A stretch of DNA of 64,000 bases, taken from contig NW_003314261.1 in assembly GCF_000143415.4 (NCBI RefSeq), forward strand, positions 2,553,266 to 2,617,265, given 5' to 3'. Made by a program: the position numbers and the translations under genes. This stretch comes from Selaginella moellendorffii (lineage: Eukaryota; Plantae; Lycopodiophyta). Each line of letters begins with the position of its first letter. Positions within the stretch are counted from its first letter, which is position 1. This document shows positions 49,537 to 63,064 of this stretch, piece by piece. The notes under the pieces were generated by a model. It did not search any database. It was not told the origin of the DNA and saw nothing but the letters and a program-made list of their open reading frames with translations.

Positions 49537-50070
49537 TTAAGCCGCTTGAACTCTCTTCATGACCAAGTCGTTCTCAAGGCCAGGAGCACTCCTTTTCACA
49601 CCACTCCTTCACAGCTTGTCGATCTTACTGCTGCAATTTTTGACAAATCCATGGGTGTTGCAGAACCTGACTGGTCCTTGCTTGTTTGCAGCGGAGGATC
49701 TCATTTCTAAGATGTTGGCCGTGGATCCGAAAACAGAGGTCGCTCCCTGTCACATGAGATCAAATGCTTCCATCGGCTGGTATCCAGCATCTTGTATAAA
49801 ATTGCTCCTAGCCCCCACACGTCGATGGCTGCCATGTAGAGCTCCAATCCCTGTTGTCCACCACCTCAGCTGCCATGTACTTCACTGTGCAATAGTTCTG
49901 TGATATCTCCTCGGGGTTATCTGTGGCAATGCCAAAGTTGCTGATCACCACTTTGTCGTGCACGTTTAGCTTGGAAAGAATGCTTGAGATCCTGGTGAAC
50001 CACGCCCCTCAAATGCATCTCTTTTGAGGGTCTTTACCAGCTGCTTGATGATTCTGGCTGCTTTCTCTTC
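49537..50070 (-). pseudogene. Degenerate copy of the Ser/Thr kinase at 55804-56678, with duplicated 3' flank
   Basis: Colinear with ~55804-56390, and flank ~49230-49536 resembles ~55435-55803. Many deletions and an inverted segment at ~49671-49740. Confidence 0.82.
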
Positions 50071-50139
50071 AACCATCTTCTCGCAAATATGCAATACTTA
50101 AAAGACCACGAAATAATTTACCAAGTTTGGGATAAAGCC

Positions 50140-52448
50140 TTAAGAAAGGAAGGCAATATTTCCAGCAACCACTCGAGGAAAAATGCCCGTGTGCTGTGCA
50201 AAAGGAGACTTGGACAACACCGCAAAGTCGGCAAACTTTCCTGGCGTCAGTGACCCAACCAGATCCTCCAATGCAGCTGCATACGCAGCCGAGGATGTGT
50301 ACCTGTGAATCCAAAAACAAGGACTTCATTTCAGTTTCTCATCTGTTTTCTCTTACCCCACCACTGCGTCCCATGCAGAAACCCTTTCCTCGGGAATCCA
50401 GGGATGACTCCAGCCTGAAGGTGTTCTCTCCACGGCTGCGCGGATCCCTCCAAGTGGATTCACTGCTACCACCTTGAGACAAATCATTCACGTAACGCCA
50501 AAGAAAAAGTATTTGACAGACTTACAGCAACCACGCTACCGTTTCCGAGGAGGGACCGGAGGTTATAAGATCCGCGTGAGTGCTTCTCACCAAGTTTCTT
50601 TACGGCGTAGTAAGCATCATCTAGAAGTTGCTCTGGCTGTGCAAAAATCCAGGGTTTTGCAATGGAGGCATCATGCATTCATCTGCTTACTTGCATCGAC
50701 GCAGATATCAAGAACTTCCCAAATTTGAGGTGTGCTCCAGGTGAAAGGTGTTGTGCATGCTCTACCTGCAATCCCACGAGTTAAGCGATACAAACGTAGA
50801 TTTGTTCATCGTTACTCTCAATCGATGTCCTTGACGAGGATGTTTAGAGATAGCGTCAGCGTAAATTCCAAGCACATCATCGTTTGCTGCATCGCCAATC
50901 GCATGTACTGCTACCTGAAGTTCATGATTAAGCATTGGATCAAGGATCATGGAAGTACCTGTAATTTCGACTCAAAAGCAGCACTCACGGACTCGGAAAG
51001 CCAACTCAGATCGGCCACACGGAGGCCAAAATTGTTCGGATCGTCTTCGTAGTGCTGCGCCAGAAACTTTAATACCTCAGAAAAGCTACTTAATATTTAC
51101 GTGACACCTGGTGAAAGAGAGCTGTTCCCGAGCCCAGCGATCCATCGGCAAAAGCTTTGACCCACCAATGTGAACCCAGTCGCTTATATGCCGTCCTCGC
51201 TCTTTTATCAGAGCCTGAAGAACAAATTCAAGTATCGTATAGTAAAATGCGACTCGCGGCCAAGTCTCGAGTGGGAAGAAAAGTGCAGACCTCACAGTCA
51301 TATTCCCGAGAGAGTCCATCCATGTGTATACCTCTAGAGGAAGAATTTAGACGAGGAACATGATGTTTAAAATTGAATTACCTTCAAAATCGTTCTTGAT
51401 TGATCCACCAGGAAAGTATGATCCGATATCAACTACTGAGGTGACGCCTTTAGAGACAGCATAATGGCTTGCTCTTGCCAGAGCTTCTCTACGTTGCTCC
51501 AATGACGGTTTAGGAACACAAGAAGTTAACAATATCATAGCAGCATCAACGAGTAAACCAGTTGGAACTACAAAGAAGGATGTTAGAACCAACTTCTCTA
51601 TAATTCAGATAGGAGAAAAAAACTGACCACCATCTGCATCTCTTACAATGCTCCCACCAGTTGGATCTTCTTTAACGCTCTTCAAATCACAAATATCCAT
51701 GGCAACTTTATTTGCAAGGCCCATGTGACCGTCCATCCTGCTCTGTGTGATACTATGAACGTCAGGTTTTTAGAACCTCAAAACTACAACAAAAACTCAC
51801 CGGATTGTTTTCTGTGACACTATCAATCCAGGATGAATCTGGCCACTCACCTCCCCAGTGTTCGTTGCTCCATCCGAATCCTTGAAGCCACTCATTTGGC
51901 TCGAGCCCTTCAAAAGAAGCGATGAATATTATACACTCATGAAGAAACAAATTCAAGAGCACCATGAGCAGCATGTTGAACTTTTTGTGTGAACTCTAGA
52001 CGTGTGTGTACATCATGAAAATCCAATCTTACTAGCTGCAGGTAAGACGTTAATTTCCCTTGTTGTTTAAACTTAACATACCTGCAGGCCTCCAGGAATA
52101 AAGTGAACATGAGAATCAATGAAACCAGGCACCACAAACTGCCCCTCGAGATCACGGAATTCGGTATCAGAACCGGCAACCTCGTACAAGCATGAAATTT
52201 TGTGAAAAATATCTGTAACAAAGAAAACAAACGCTTACCTTGACAAGTGAGAGAGAACCCACGCGAAGGATTCTTCCCCGTCTCACAGCCATCGATTCTG
52301 CCCATGGAACATCCTTGTCTGCAGTCCAGATACTGCAGTTCGTGATGACAAAATCAGCCGGTGCTCCTGGATTTCGTTTCCAAGATAGAAGAGCTGCTAC
52401 GGCTAGGGACAGCAGCACTATCCCAAGTGAAGTTGCTAACGAACCCAT
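50140..52448 (-). pseudogene. Amidohydrolase-3 family (LAF3-like) gene, probably disabled
   Basis: N-terminal TM, ADFVITNCSIWT, VPGFIDSHVH, VHAIGDAAND, VEHAQHL, GSLTPGKFADF. The GG(V)KAFADGSLG motif is frameshifted near 51160 and the expected GSDWP motif is absent. Confidence 0.7.
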
Positions 52449-52577
52449 CACGACTGTCTAGGGCCAGTTAGCTTTAACATTTAAAACACATGCAAAGGAG
52501 ACCCGATTCGATAAAATGTACTCGAAAGGATACCTGAGAAGCGCCTTGTTTCAAAATTGATTTACAAAAGCCCATCG

Positions 52578-54523
52578 TCACTGAAGCTTACATCCCAGAA
52601 ATTTCTCCATGACACTGTCCAAAGCCTGAGACAAAAGCACCGTTTAACAGCAGCGAAATAGCTTCAGAATCTTTACCTTTGATGCGAACGCTTCCTTCCT
52701 ATCGAGGAGCGCAGTCATTGCGACACTGGAGTCGTCCAAAACACTGTAAAAGCGCTTGTAGAACTCTGCTCTGTTAAAACCAAAGCCATAACCACGTAAA
52801 ATCAACAGCATCCTAAAACTTGCTTACTGTGATGCTTCAGAAGCAATCGAGTCCATCTCTTCGAACTGTTTTGTCAAAAGTTCTGCAGCAACAGGACTGA
52901 GAGCATGCAATACGAGTGCTTCTAGTGAACGAGGAAATGTAGTCTGCAAATGCACAACTTGGTAACGACAAACATAGCATACAGTGCCTGCACTTACCAC
53001 CATGGTAAGAAAGATTCGACGAAGGCTTCGAGGGCTCGTATTTAGAAACACACTTGCGATAGGATCGTCCTCACAATTGCCATTGTTCACTGCGACCGCT
53101 ACGCAGGATAGTATGACGTGAAGTTGTTTTGTTTCTAGTGGACTCAAGCTGTTCACGGTAAGATCTTCTGCTCCTTGCACGTCATCAAGATCACTTTCTA
53201 CATCCACGTGAGGATTCCATCCGAGCATCGATCTCTGTAGAACAATATAAGTAAATTGCATTGGAAATTGTTGCTTGTTGACCTTTTCGGCGTCCAAAAG
53301 ACTGGAAAACAAAAGAAGCTGTTAAAAAGCCAAGAGCAACATTTGCTAACCTCACTAAAATCCTCCGCAAATAATATGCATCCATGGGCGTGTCGAATGC
53401 GCAAGATTGTTTAGACGCCCACCAAAAGTTTACGGCAATGGTTAGAGCAGCACTGTCCACTTGGTGGAACCAACCCTCTGGTATAAAAACTGCACTGCCA
53501 GCATCGACTACGAGAACCCGACTGTCTTTTAATGCATCTCTAAAGCGTGGAAATTTTTGGTAGTCTGGTTCTACAAAGTTCACCTCGCTGCATAGAAACA
53601 AGAATAAAAGAAGTGTATCTTTTTCTATAAAAACAAATACCTATGGTTCGAAGCTTCTCCATACAGTGGCTTGGGGTACAGATATGGCGCCGCATCAGGA
53701 GGCCACAGGGTAACTGCAACAAATACAACACTGAAAAATGCCACGCATGAAAAAGCTCTACCTTCTTCTGACCCGTCACGACTCCAAGAACATTGTGGTA
53801 TGGATCATAATGTATGCTTGATCGAGAAGACGTCGAACTCATCCAAAGGTTGATGTTTGAGACCGCATCCTCGTCCAGGAACTCTGGCTGAGCATGGTAA
53901 GTGTCACAAAAAAATAAAAAAGTAGGCGAAGAATATATGATACCAGGGATATCTCGGATTCCAGAGAAGCGAGCGGAGGTTTCTCGGTTGAGTCTTTCAC
54001 GCGTATAGGAACCTGCAGTGATATCCTTAATATCGGCAACACAGGCAACAAGAGTAAATCTTAACCTGTGCCAGATAAAAGTGATCGTTGTGCTCTCCAG
54101 GTGACAAAACCATGTCTAGATATTCTCTAAAAGGCAACGCTACCTAGGAACCAGTTTAAGAACAAAAGAAAAGAAGGAATCAAAGAAAAAATACAAACTC
54201 TTTCATGGCTTCTAATATCACCGAAGAACGTAGAGCCATCGCTGCTCACCATTGCTTGCACTAGAGGTTCTCCTGCGATTTCCTTGAGAAGCGGTCTAAT
54301 CCCTGCTCTAGGACACGAAAATTCTCACCTTAAGATGCTCGACACCGCCAGTGGCTGGATTCCACCGCTCAAATGCGGGCCATTGCCGCAGAATCCCTGG
54401 AAAAACCTGCCAGAAGCTCTAGCAATCGAAACAAATCGACGCGCCTTGGCTTACCTCGGGAATGTTTCGAGCTTCCATCTCCCGGAATTCGTCCCTCGAC
54501 GGTGGGCGCCAATTTTCCTCCAT
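52578..54523 (-). CDS. JmjC/Cupin_8 2-oxoglutarate dioxygenase (JMJ31-like), multi-exon
   Basis: VFPGILRQWPAFERWNP, NINLWM...SSIHYDPYHNVLGVVTGQKKV (HxD), AGSAVFIPEGWFHQVDS...IAVNFWW. Confidence 0.85.
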
Positions 54524-54579
54524 AGCCAAACGTTCAAATGAAGAACCCTAGCTAGGACGTAAGTGGATTTTGAGCTAGT

Positions 54580-55400
54580 GTATGCGGCAATGCCAGCGCC
54601 TGTCCGATCGCTATGGCGAATGCGGCAGCGTCGGCGAGGCGCGCGAGATCTTCGATGGCATGGACGATCACAGCAAGAACAGGTTCTCCTGCATCGCGAT
54701 GCTCACCGTCTACGCGCACAACGGCAGGCCTTTGGACTCCAAGAATCTCTTCGATCGCATCCCCGGTGGCAGAGATTCCGTGGCGTGGAGTTGCCTCATC
54801 GGCGCATTTGTTCAAGATCGGGGATCTTGAGCACGCAATGCACGTCTTCGATCCCCTCCCGCGCTGGACCGTCGTCACATCCACGGCATTCTCGTGGCGC
54901 TGGCGAAGCGTGGCAAGGCCGAGGACGCCAGAGCGATGTTCTTGGCGATGCCGGAGAGAGATTTCGTCGCGTGGAACGCGATAATCACCGCATATGCCCG
55001 GAATGGGAATCTCCAGGTAGCGCTGGCGATGTTCTTCCGGATGCCGGCTAGGAACTTCATCTCCTAGAACGCGATCTTCGATGGTTGGGATGAAGCACTG
55101 GCCAAGAAGGTCTTCGATTCGATGCCCCAGCGAGAGGTGGTGTCATGAGCGGGCGTTTGGAGGAAGCGCGAGCTGCCGGCCTTGAACATCGTCTGGTGGA
55201 ACCTGATGATCCAGGCGTTCGCGAACAATCTCCTGGTTGACGAAGCCAAGGAGCGCTTCAATCGAGCGAGCACGACTTCGTGTCATGCACGGCCTACGCG
55301 CAGACCAGCCAGATCTTCCTCGCGAGAGCAGCCGTCGATTGAATTCCCCAGCGCCAGTCGTATCCCCAAGCATGGATCACGCGGACTCTTCCACCACTTT
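54580..55400 (+). pseudogene. PLS PPR pseudogene fragment
   Basis: YGECGSVGEAREIFDGM, AMPERDFVAWNAIITAYARNG and AKKVFDSMPQREVVS* in shifting frames with stops. Confidence 0.8.
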
Positions 55401-55803
55401 GAGAAGTTCCCGAATGATCTCAAGATATGCTTGGGTTGTTAGATTAACAGTGATCAATAGCCATTCTCGATTTAACTCCACTTTTGATCCTTGTTTATAT
55501 ATGGATAGACTTTTTTCAATTCTTTCTTGAGGGGAGAAACATTCAACTTCCCTTGTTTCTTAAAGAAGAGCGGCATAGCTTTGTGTGTAACATCTATCTC
55601 GTTTGCATCTACCTCGGCATTTGCTTGGATCTCGTTTTTGTTCCACGATTGTTCTCGACAGCCACCAAAAAGGTATTTCCAGACAGAGACACGAGAGATG
55701 TCGATGATGTCCGGAGGATACAAAAGCGAACCTGAAGTTAGGAACTGCGACTAGGAGAAAGAGGAAATGGCAAGTGTGCTTACCGGACTGACTGCTGGCA
55801 CTT

Positions 55804-56678
55804 TTAAGCCGCTCGAACTTTCTTCACGACCAAGTCCTTGTCGAGGCCAGGAGCACTCCTTTTCGCACCACAGGGCCTCCTCCACGTCCTGTAGATCTTA
55901 CTGCTGCTGCTTCTGCAAAGCTTGACAATCCATGGGTGTTGTAGAACCTGATCGACTGTCAGCCTTTGTTTCGGATCCACAGCCAGCATCTTGGCAAGGA
56001 GATCCTCCGCTATAAACGAGAAAGGACCAACCGGGGATGCCCCCTGTCGCACGCGATCAAATGCTTCACTCGGCTGATATCCTCCCTTTCCCAGCATCTC
56101 GTATAAAATCGCTCCAAGTCCCCACACGTCGATAGCTGCTGTGTAGAAGCTCCCATCCTTGTTCTCTGCCACCTCGGGTGCCATGTACTTCCCCGTGCCA
56201 CAGTACTGCGACATCTCCTCAGGGTCGTCTGTGGCCATACCAAAGTCACTAATCACCACTTTGTCGCGCGCGTCTAGCTTGAAAAGTATGTTGCCCGGCT
56301 TGAGATCCCGGTGAACTATGCCTCTCGAATGCATCTCCTTGAGGGTCTCTGCCAGCTGCTTGATAATCTGAGCTGCTTCTTCTTCGCTCATCTGCCCGGA
56401 AGCGCGCAAGCGATCAGCAAGACTAGATCCACATAGTTCCATAATAATACTCCCAAAACATTGTCCTCCATCTCTCTCCTTGATGAAATCTCTAAAGGAG
56501 ACAACTCCAGGGCAGCCCCGGAGCTTGGCCATGATCCCAACTTCTCTCTCTCGCTCCCTGATCGAAATGCCTTGGCTGCATATGAGTTGTGACCGTCCAG
56601 ATTGTGGAGCACGAATACATGCCCCTGGCCGCCACACCCCAGCGTCCTACCTTTCTTGAAACCTCACTGCCCCAACAT
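55804..56678 (-). pseudogene. CAMK/PPCK-like Ser/Thr kinase, catalytic core intact but N-lobe disrupted
   Basis: HRDLKPGN, DFG, CGT..YMAPE and DVWGLG are in one frame. The Gly loop LGCGGQGHV and YAAK are in another frame, preceded by ATG at 56678 and an in-frame TGA. Confidence 0.75.
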
Positions 56679-56799
56679 ATGAATACTGAGAAGCTCTTTG
56701 CAATCTTCCTCCCTAAACTCACTTACCACTGCCATCGCTCTTCTCTCTCTCACAAGTTTAATAAAAAAAACCCTAGCTTCTTCTAACGAATTTAATTGA

Positions 56800-59600
56800 T
56801 ACTGTATATTAATATTAACAGCCGTACACTAATATTAACATAATGGCATTTTGATAACTGTTAAATTGGTTTTAATTTGGATTGTTTACTTTTGATATAA
56901 ATTAGGGTTTTTAAGCTGATTAATATGCACATTTTGTATTTTATTTCCATATTCCATAAATTCATATTGGTGGAGAGGAGAATGCTTAGATTTGGGATTT
57001 TAGTTTAAATCTAACTTTTGAATCATCTATATCTCACTTTCTTTATAACTTTTCTAACTTATTCTCTTTTATTTTTTCTTTTTCATTTATCTTCATGGCA
57101 GAGTATCCTCCTTTAACTTTGGAGCAATAGTTAGTGCAATTATATTATATGGTTGCAATTGAATAATTAAACCTAGTTGATAGTAATATTCACAACATAT
57201 GATAACTCCTTTTGTTTTTTTTGCCAATACTTGCATCTGGCCAAAGTTCTTCCATGGGAATCTTGGGATAATATGTACCATTGATTTGATCACTTTACAA
57301 TGATTGCTATATATCATTTTTGGGATGATATTTAATATTTATTTGAGTTTCTCACGTGTCTCTAAGGGCTAATGCTATAGTGGTATAATAGTTTGAGTGC
57401 AGCCACTTATATAGATTAAAGTATTCTCCTGAAAGTCTTCAAACATGTATTTGGACATGCTAATGATTGTGATAATGCCTTTTATTGATTGCATTGTTTT
57501 TATCAAAGTTATTTGAATCAGTCATGCAATGTGGTATTCATTTTTGGAGCTTTTTGCTTCATGCAAAGCCAAATATATCAAAGTGAATTGAGCCTTTTAC
57601 TTCGTGAGGAGCCAAATATATCATTTAGACATGCCGATGCTTATAATGATGCCTTCTATTGATTGGATTATTGTAAACCACAAATTTTTCCTTTTCAATT
57701 TACTAGATTACTTTGTTTATCTGACCACCACTGCCTTGGCCTTAGTTAAGTTCCTTTATTAAGGTTCCTGTCTATAATACCAACTCCTACTTGGTCTTAC
57801 TTAGTCTTAATTATTTATTGCATGAGCAACAAAGTGTTAGCTATCTATCCATAAGTTCTCAAATTCTCTCCCAATCCCTTTTCCTAAGTTAAATTACACT
57901 TAAAGTTTAATTACACTCCTTACAAGCATAAGCAGCCAAACATACTAAGCCTCTAGATTTTTAACATCCCTTGATACACAAAACTTGATCATAGGACCTT
58001 CTAAATCCTAAACCTTAAATGCATCATTTGCTTTGGGATCTCAAGGGTAAACACCATGGCCTAATGGCCTAGTATAGGTACCCTTACTCCCCCACTTCCA
58101 TCCAAAAGGGAAGGCCCAAGCTTTTAGAAAAGAGTGAGGACCAATTTACCATATGGTATTTATATGGGGCACCACTCCATATGAGCTAGAAGCACTGCAA
58201 TTGGTTTGCTTTCCAGGAGTGAGTCTACATTGACGACATTTTGATCTATATAGCAAGACGCTAAAGGAGTATACCAAACACTTGATGAAGGTGTTTGAGT
58301 TGCCAGAAGTGGGGGTTGCTCTTGAGCACTTCCTTGGATGGCCTCTTTGACACCACCTAAGTTCATGCTTATTTTCACCTAAAGCACTTAACCCTCAGTC
58401 TCAACTTTAAGTCAATTCGGAAGCACCTGTAGCACATGTGATCATGAGATGAGATTTAGTATATTATCACCATGGATCCTTGAAACCTTGGGGGATAAAT
58501 GGGGATAAAATAGCCACTAAAGGCTCTCTCATCAAGCAATTGCCCCTTTTTCAATTGGTTTAAGGGGAGAGAGATAAAGTGTGTTACATGTGGTATTAGA
58601 GCAAATGGCACATGTATGATTAATGGGTACTTAAAAATATAATATACCCTTAAAAAAAGTATATTCCTACTATATTTTGGAACTCCCCCCCGCCCTCCCA
58701 TCCTCCCCTAAGGAGATGATCGCTTTGGGCTTTCACCCCACAACCTATATTAGTATTTGAACTTGATTTTGAACTCAATCTTGGACACAATTTCAAACCC
58801 GACCTCAGACTCGATCTTAAACTCGATCTCAAATTCAGTTTTAGACCCAATCTTGGATCTCAGACTTAGTCTCGAACTTGGTCTTGGACTCGGTCTTGAA
58901 CTTGGTATCGGACTCAATCTCAGACTCGGTCTTAAACTCGATTTTGGTCAGTCTTCGACTTGATCTTAGATTCGGTCTTATTTAATAAACTCTTTATCAT
59001 TCCGATTATAGTTTCAAGGATCTTTTAAGTGTACGACACCTCGGAGAGTTGGTTCCTTACAATTATCATTTCTAAATATATTAGAGTGAATTAAGTTGAG
59101 AATGTTATGGCTAACATTTTGTCAATATCTTATAAGACTTGTGTATGCACTTGCTCTAGCACTTTTGATAATACTTTTTGCTTGGCATAACATTATGAGA
59201 CATTGCCTCTTCCACTCGTTACACATTCTTCAGCCATAACATTTAATAGGTTGATACTCCAGAAATTATACATATGTAATGGTTAAAACACTATGTATAA
59301 AGGAATCAAGAACCATTAGTACCACGTACAAATCCACTAGTGCCTCTTTTTAATATTCCTCCTGATGTTCTTCTAAATCCCAACCCATCAACCAAAGAAA
59401 CTTAACTACTTTCCATCCTTTTGAGAGGAGGGAATGATGTGAGGTCCAAATATACATACTAATATTAACAATTATATATTATAGTAGCCATTGGATTAGT
59501 TTCAATCCAAATCACTCGTATATATAAATTAGGGGTTTTGGGCTAATTAATATGCATATTTCTATATTCCATTTTTATATTCTATAGTTGTATTTAAATA
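56800..59600 (+). mobile_element. Old degenerate LTR-retroelement remnant
   Basis: Diverged direct repeat (~56820-56960 vs ~59455-59590, TAATATTAACA...TATAAATTAGGG...TAATATGCA); PBS-like TGGTATAATAG at 57381; purine tract GAGAGGAGGGAA then TG at ~59423-59439; AT-rich, no intact ORF. Confidence 0.45.
58757..58980. repeat. Degenerate 6/12-bp tandem repeat (ACTCGGTCTTGG-like)
   Basis: ...actcgatcttaa actcgatctcaa...acttggtcttgg actcggtcttga...; source of the spurious low-complexity ORFs here. Confidence 0.75.
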
Positions 59601-60759
59601 TATAAAAAATTATATACAACAATATATTATTCTTTGCATCATTATTATAAATTATTGATGATGGTATGATTATGAGTGAAGAGTTATATTGGATTGCTTC
59701 AACATTTTCCATGATTTTTGCAATGAAGTTAAAGCTATAACTCAAAATATTCAAATTATTAGGAACTCATCATCAAAATAATTTGCTGCGCATTGCATGC
59801 AACAACACTTGGTTTTAGTAGTGTTATTCTTATTTATTAATCTAACTGATGAAATGGAACTTTATATTATGAACATGTTTATAATTTATAAACATAAGAA
59901 TAATATTTTTGAATATCAACCATTAAATGGTAGAATAAAGTAAAATATACTAGAAAATGTTTAGAAAACTTTATAAATTTTCTACCACAAGAAAATTCTA
60001 CAAGATTAATCTAAATGAGTAACAACCATTAGATGGTAAAATATATCCTAGAATATTCAAGATATTCTAGGTATATCCACTACCATCCCAAACCAAAAAG
60101 TGGTAATGACAAAAACAAGACAAAAGAAAATAAGAAAAATCATTTATAAATAAAAATATTTTGTGTTTGAAACTAACCTTAAGTTAACATAAGGACCTAA
60201 TCTAGGTGTGGATTGTAGATGCTTATTTGAACCAGTGGTCACAAATATACTCTAATGAATAATAAGAGACTTCCCATTTTTTTGACTATTTAAACATATT
60301 TTTCCCCATTAAAAATTCACACCTGTTACAATGGAGCCTAGAATTGGTTGTGAGAACACTAAATTGCTCTTCTCACTACATTTGAGAACCTGATAATTGG
60401 GTAAATTCTTGAAACACCATATAAACTCAAGAGCTTCCTTGTATTCCAGAACTCTGAAGCTAAAAAATACATTCTCCCAACACCTTCAAAAATCATTCCT
60501 TCAAAAAACCAAAACTAGAATAATAGGTTACTTTTATCTCTAGTGCTGAGATCCTCCACAAACTATGTCCCTAGAATTGCCTTTGCATGCCTTCCAAGGG
60601 CAACGTCTTATCATTGAACGATTGAACACCACCTCCAAAACCATTGCCTATTGTCGCATTACATGCCTCCATGGCTTTTCGTGTAAATACAATATATATT
60701 ATGGAAACTTTCAATTGTCATCAATTGTAATTTGTTAGCGAAGATCAATCCTTCTGCAA

Positions 60760-61710
60760 TAAACAAACAAAAAATATTTCACCATGGAGTGGACAAAACC
60801 TGACACTTAGCCGAGCAGGAGGTATAAGGCCGATGGAACTCTGCTTGGAGTCCAGCAGCAGCAGTGGCGACCATGTCTGGCTTGAGATCCTGTAGACACA
60901 CAGCTCGAGGAGACCGAGGACTACCACAGGCACCCGCACAAATAAACCGCTCCTGGGACGATCTCCCGAGGAAACAGCCCTGGATCACTCAGTGGCATTG
61001 CCCAACGTCTCGTCCAATAGCATAAATGCTGGGGTTGTCATCACTCCTCCACTGCCACCTTTTCACGTTTGCATGCATGGGAGGAGGATTCACCAAAGAC
61101 AACCGACAGGGGAAATATGTGAAGTAGGCAAACTGGCATGTCACTGACCATGAATCCCAGCGGCAGGCTCTTCCATCGCGCAGCCCCGATCGAGGAAGTT
61201 AACAAACTTGAGTGAGTACTCCTCCCCTGCCGAGCTCCTCCTGGCAATTAAAACAATGTGGCTTCCATCGCTGCAAAACCCAAGCTTGGGAAACGATGCC
61301 AGTATCTGATTTTGGCCAGCTCCAATGCCTCCAGCTCTCCCGCTACTGCCGCACAACAGCGACGCGAACAGCAATCGTAAACGAGGACTCGAGCCATAGA
61401 CCACCCAAAAGTTTGAGTCTAGGAACGCCTAGAATATGGCAATGAAAGCACTCGATCTCACAACCCAGTCCTTTGGTGGAAGTCGAGTCCAGTGGCGAGT
61501 GAGGGGATTGGTGACGATCAGCTTGTCTCGCCTGGTCTCCACTAGGAGCAAGCCCGCTGAAGTTGCCGCCCGCACGTGGAAGAGCTCCTCGGGAGGTAGC
61601 TAGAGATCTTGTTGCCATAAAAGTTGAGGGAGATCACGGCTGGTGCCAGGATTTGAAGGCGAGCTTGGCGGCCTGGAGAGGGAAGTGATCGAGAAGCTTG
61701 AGCAGCATGG
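60760..61710 (-). pseudogene. Possible F-box gene remnant
   Basis: MLLKLLDHFPLQAAKLAFKSW (F-box-like), ..WKSLP and ELCVYRISSQTWS in different frames; weak. Confidence 0.3.
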
Positions 61711-62140
61711 TATGTACATTCCTCAAGAGGCCCTTAGGGACTATTACAAAAACCGGGCCACTTTGGCCCCTAGTGCGGCTCTAGTGTTATAGCTACGGCG
61801 GGCCAGCGATCAGGACCTGCTGCAACCGTCCTCGTTAGAGTGAGTTGATGTCCCCTCTCCTTGCGCTCGCCAAATCCTATCTGGGGGGTGCCACCTCCAC
61901 TTCGGTCCCTGTGGAGGCAGCCACTGGCTCAGCCATGTTCTGGCTGGATCTGGTTTCGCTTGCCCTTCCAACTGGGCCTGCCGCGATCCAATGGCAGCTA
62001 GGGAGAGTTACCACCATGTAGAAATGATGGCTCATATCCGAGCTAGTGCTTGTTCCGTGCTTCCCAGATCACTTGGACGCCAATGGACCACCAAATCACC
62101 CATCGCTCTAACCCAACTCACTATGTTTGCTACTCCTTAA

Positions 62141-63064
62141 CATGGTTGGTCCCGATCGTTCCGAATGCCAACCGGCCGACTGCCCGACCGTAGTTATCTA
62201 TCGACGGGCTGTGAAAATGCCGAACGGCCGAACGGTTCACAAAATTTTTTTGAAAAAAAAAAAAACATTTTTAGTAAAACCACATTAATAAAAGTAGGAA
62301 AACCAAAGCATTAAACCAAACCAAACCAAACCAAACCAAAGCATTAGACTAAACTAAACCAACTACTACTCATTTTCTTCAACATCTTCGGCAAGTCCCT
62401 CGACATCTCTAGCATCTTCCTCAACAATCACATCTTCATTTGGAAGATCTTCTTTGGCTAAATCTTCTATACTAAGAGATTCAAGCCTAGATTACATCTC
62501 TACATTTGAAAGGGCATTTGCTATTTGCTCCACAAACATTCGGTGAGCTTGGTTCTGAACATGAAGAGGAACATTTGAAGCACTACATGCTTAAATATCA
62601 TGCCCAAAAACTTTAGCAAGATGCGCCTTGATGCATTTCGGCAGACCGCCATACATTTTACCACAATAATTACATTTCCAATGCTCAGCTCCTTTGCCGG
62701 AAGCATAAGGAGTGAGCTTGGTAACATGGGACCATGCCCAATCGGGTGCCATCGCTCAATTGTGCCAGAATCGCTATGAATCTCTACAATCAAATCTCTG
62801 GAATCACTGAATTTCCATTTTAGGGCAAAAACTTCAAGTGTTGCGGACTGGGCGATTTGATTTGCGAGGCCTCAGTGCTGCTCCACGCTCAATCGAAAAC
62901 AGAGGCAGGTATGCACGCAGCTCCTATGCCCTCCTCGCCGCAGCAGCATCAGAAATCTAGCGCGATCACCATTTTTTTTGCCGAACGGAATCATCGAACG
63001 GACCTGTCCGACCGCGTTCGGCGGCGGTCGGGGTTTCGGCCGAACGCGGTCGGGACCAACCATG
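62141..63064 (-). mobile_element. Non-autonomous hAT (Ds-like) DNA transposon, 924 bp
   Basis: 15-bp TIRs CATGGTTGGTCCCGA / TCGGGACCAACCATG; 8-bp TSD CTCCTTAA / CTCCCTAA; subterminal CCGA-rich motifs; remnant BED finger WSHVTK...WKCNYCGK...KAHL...I*AC fused to an acidic tail. Confidence 0.9.

Noticed and set aside
58650-58980. Leu/Gly/Ser-periodic ORFs or a CRISPR-like array
   Set aside because: Simple degenerate 6/12-bp tandem repeat with no unique spacers.
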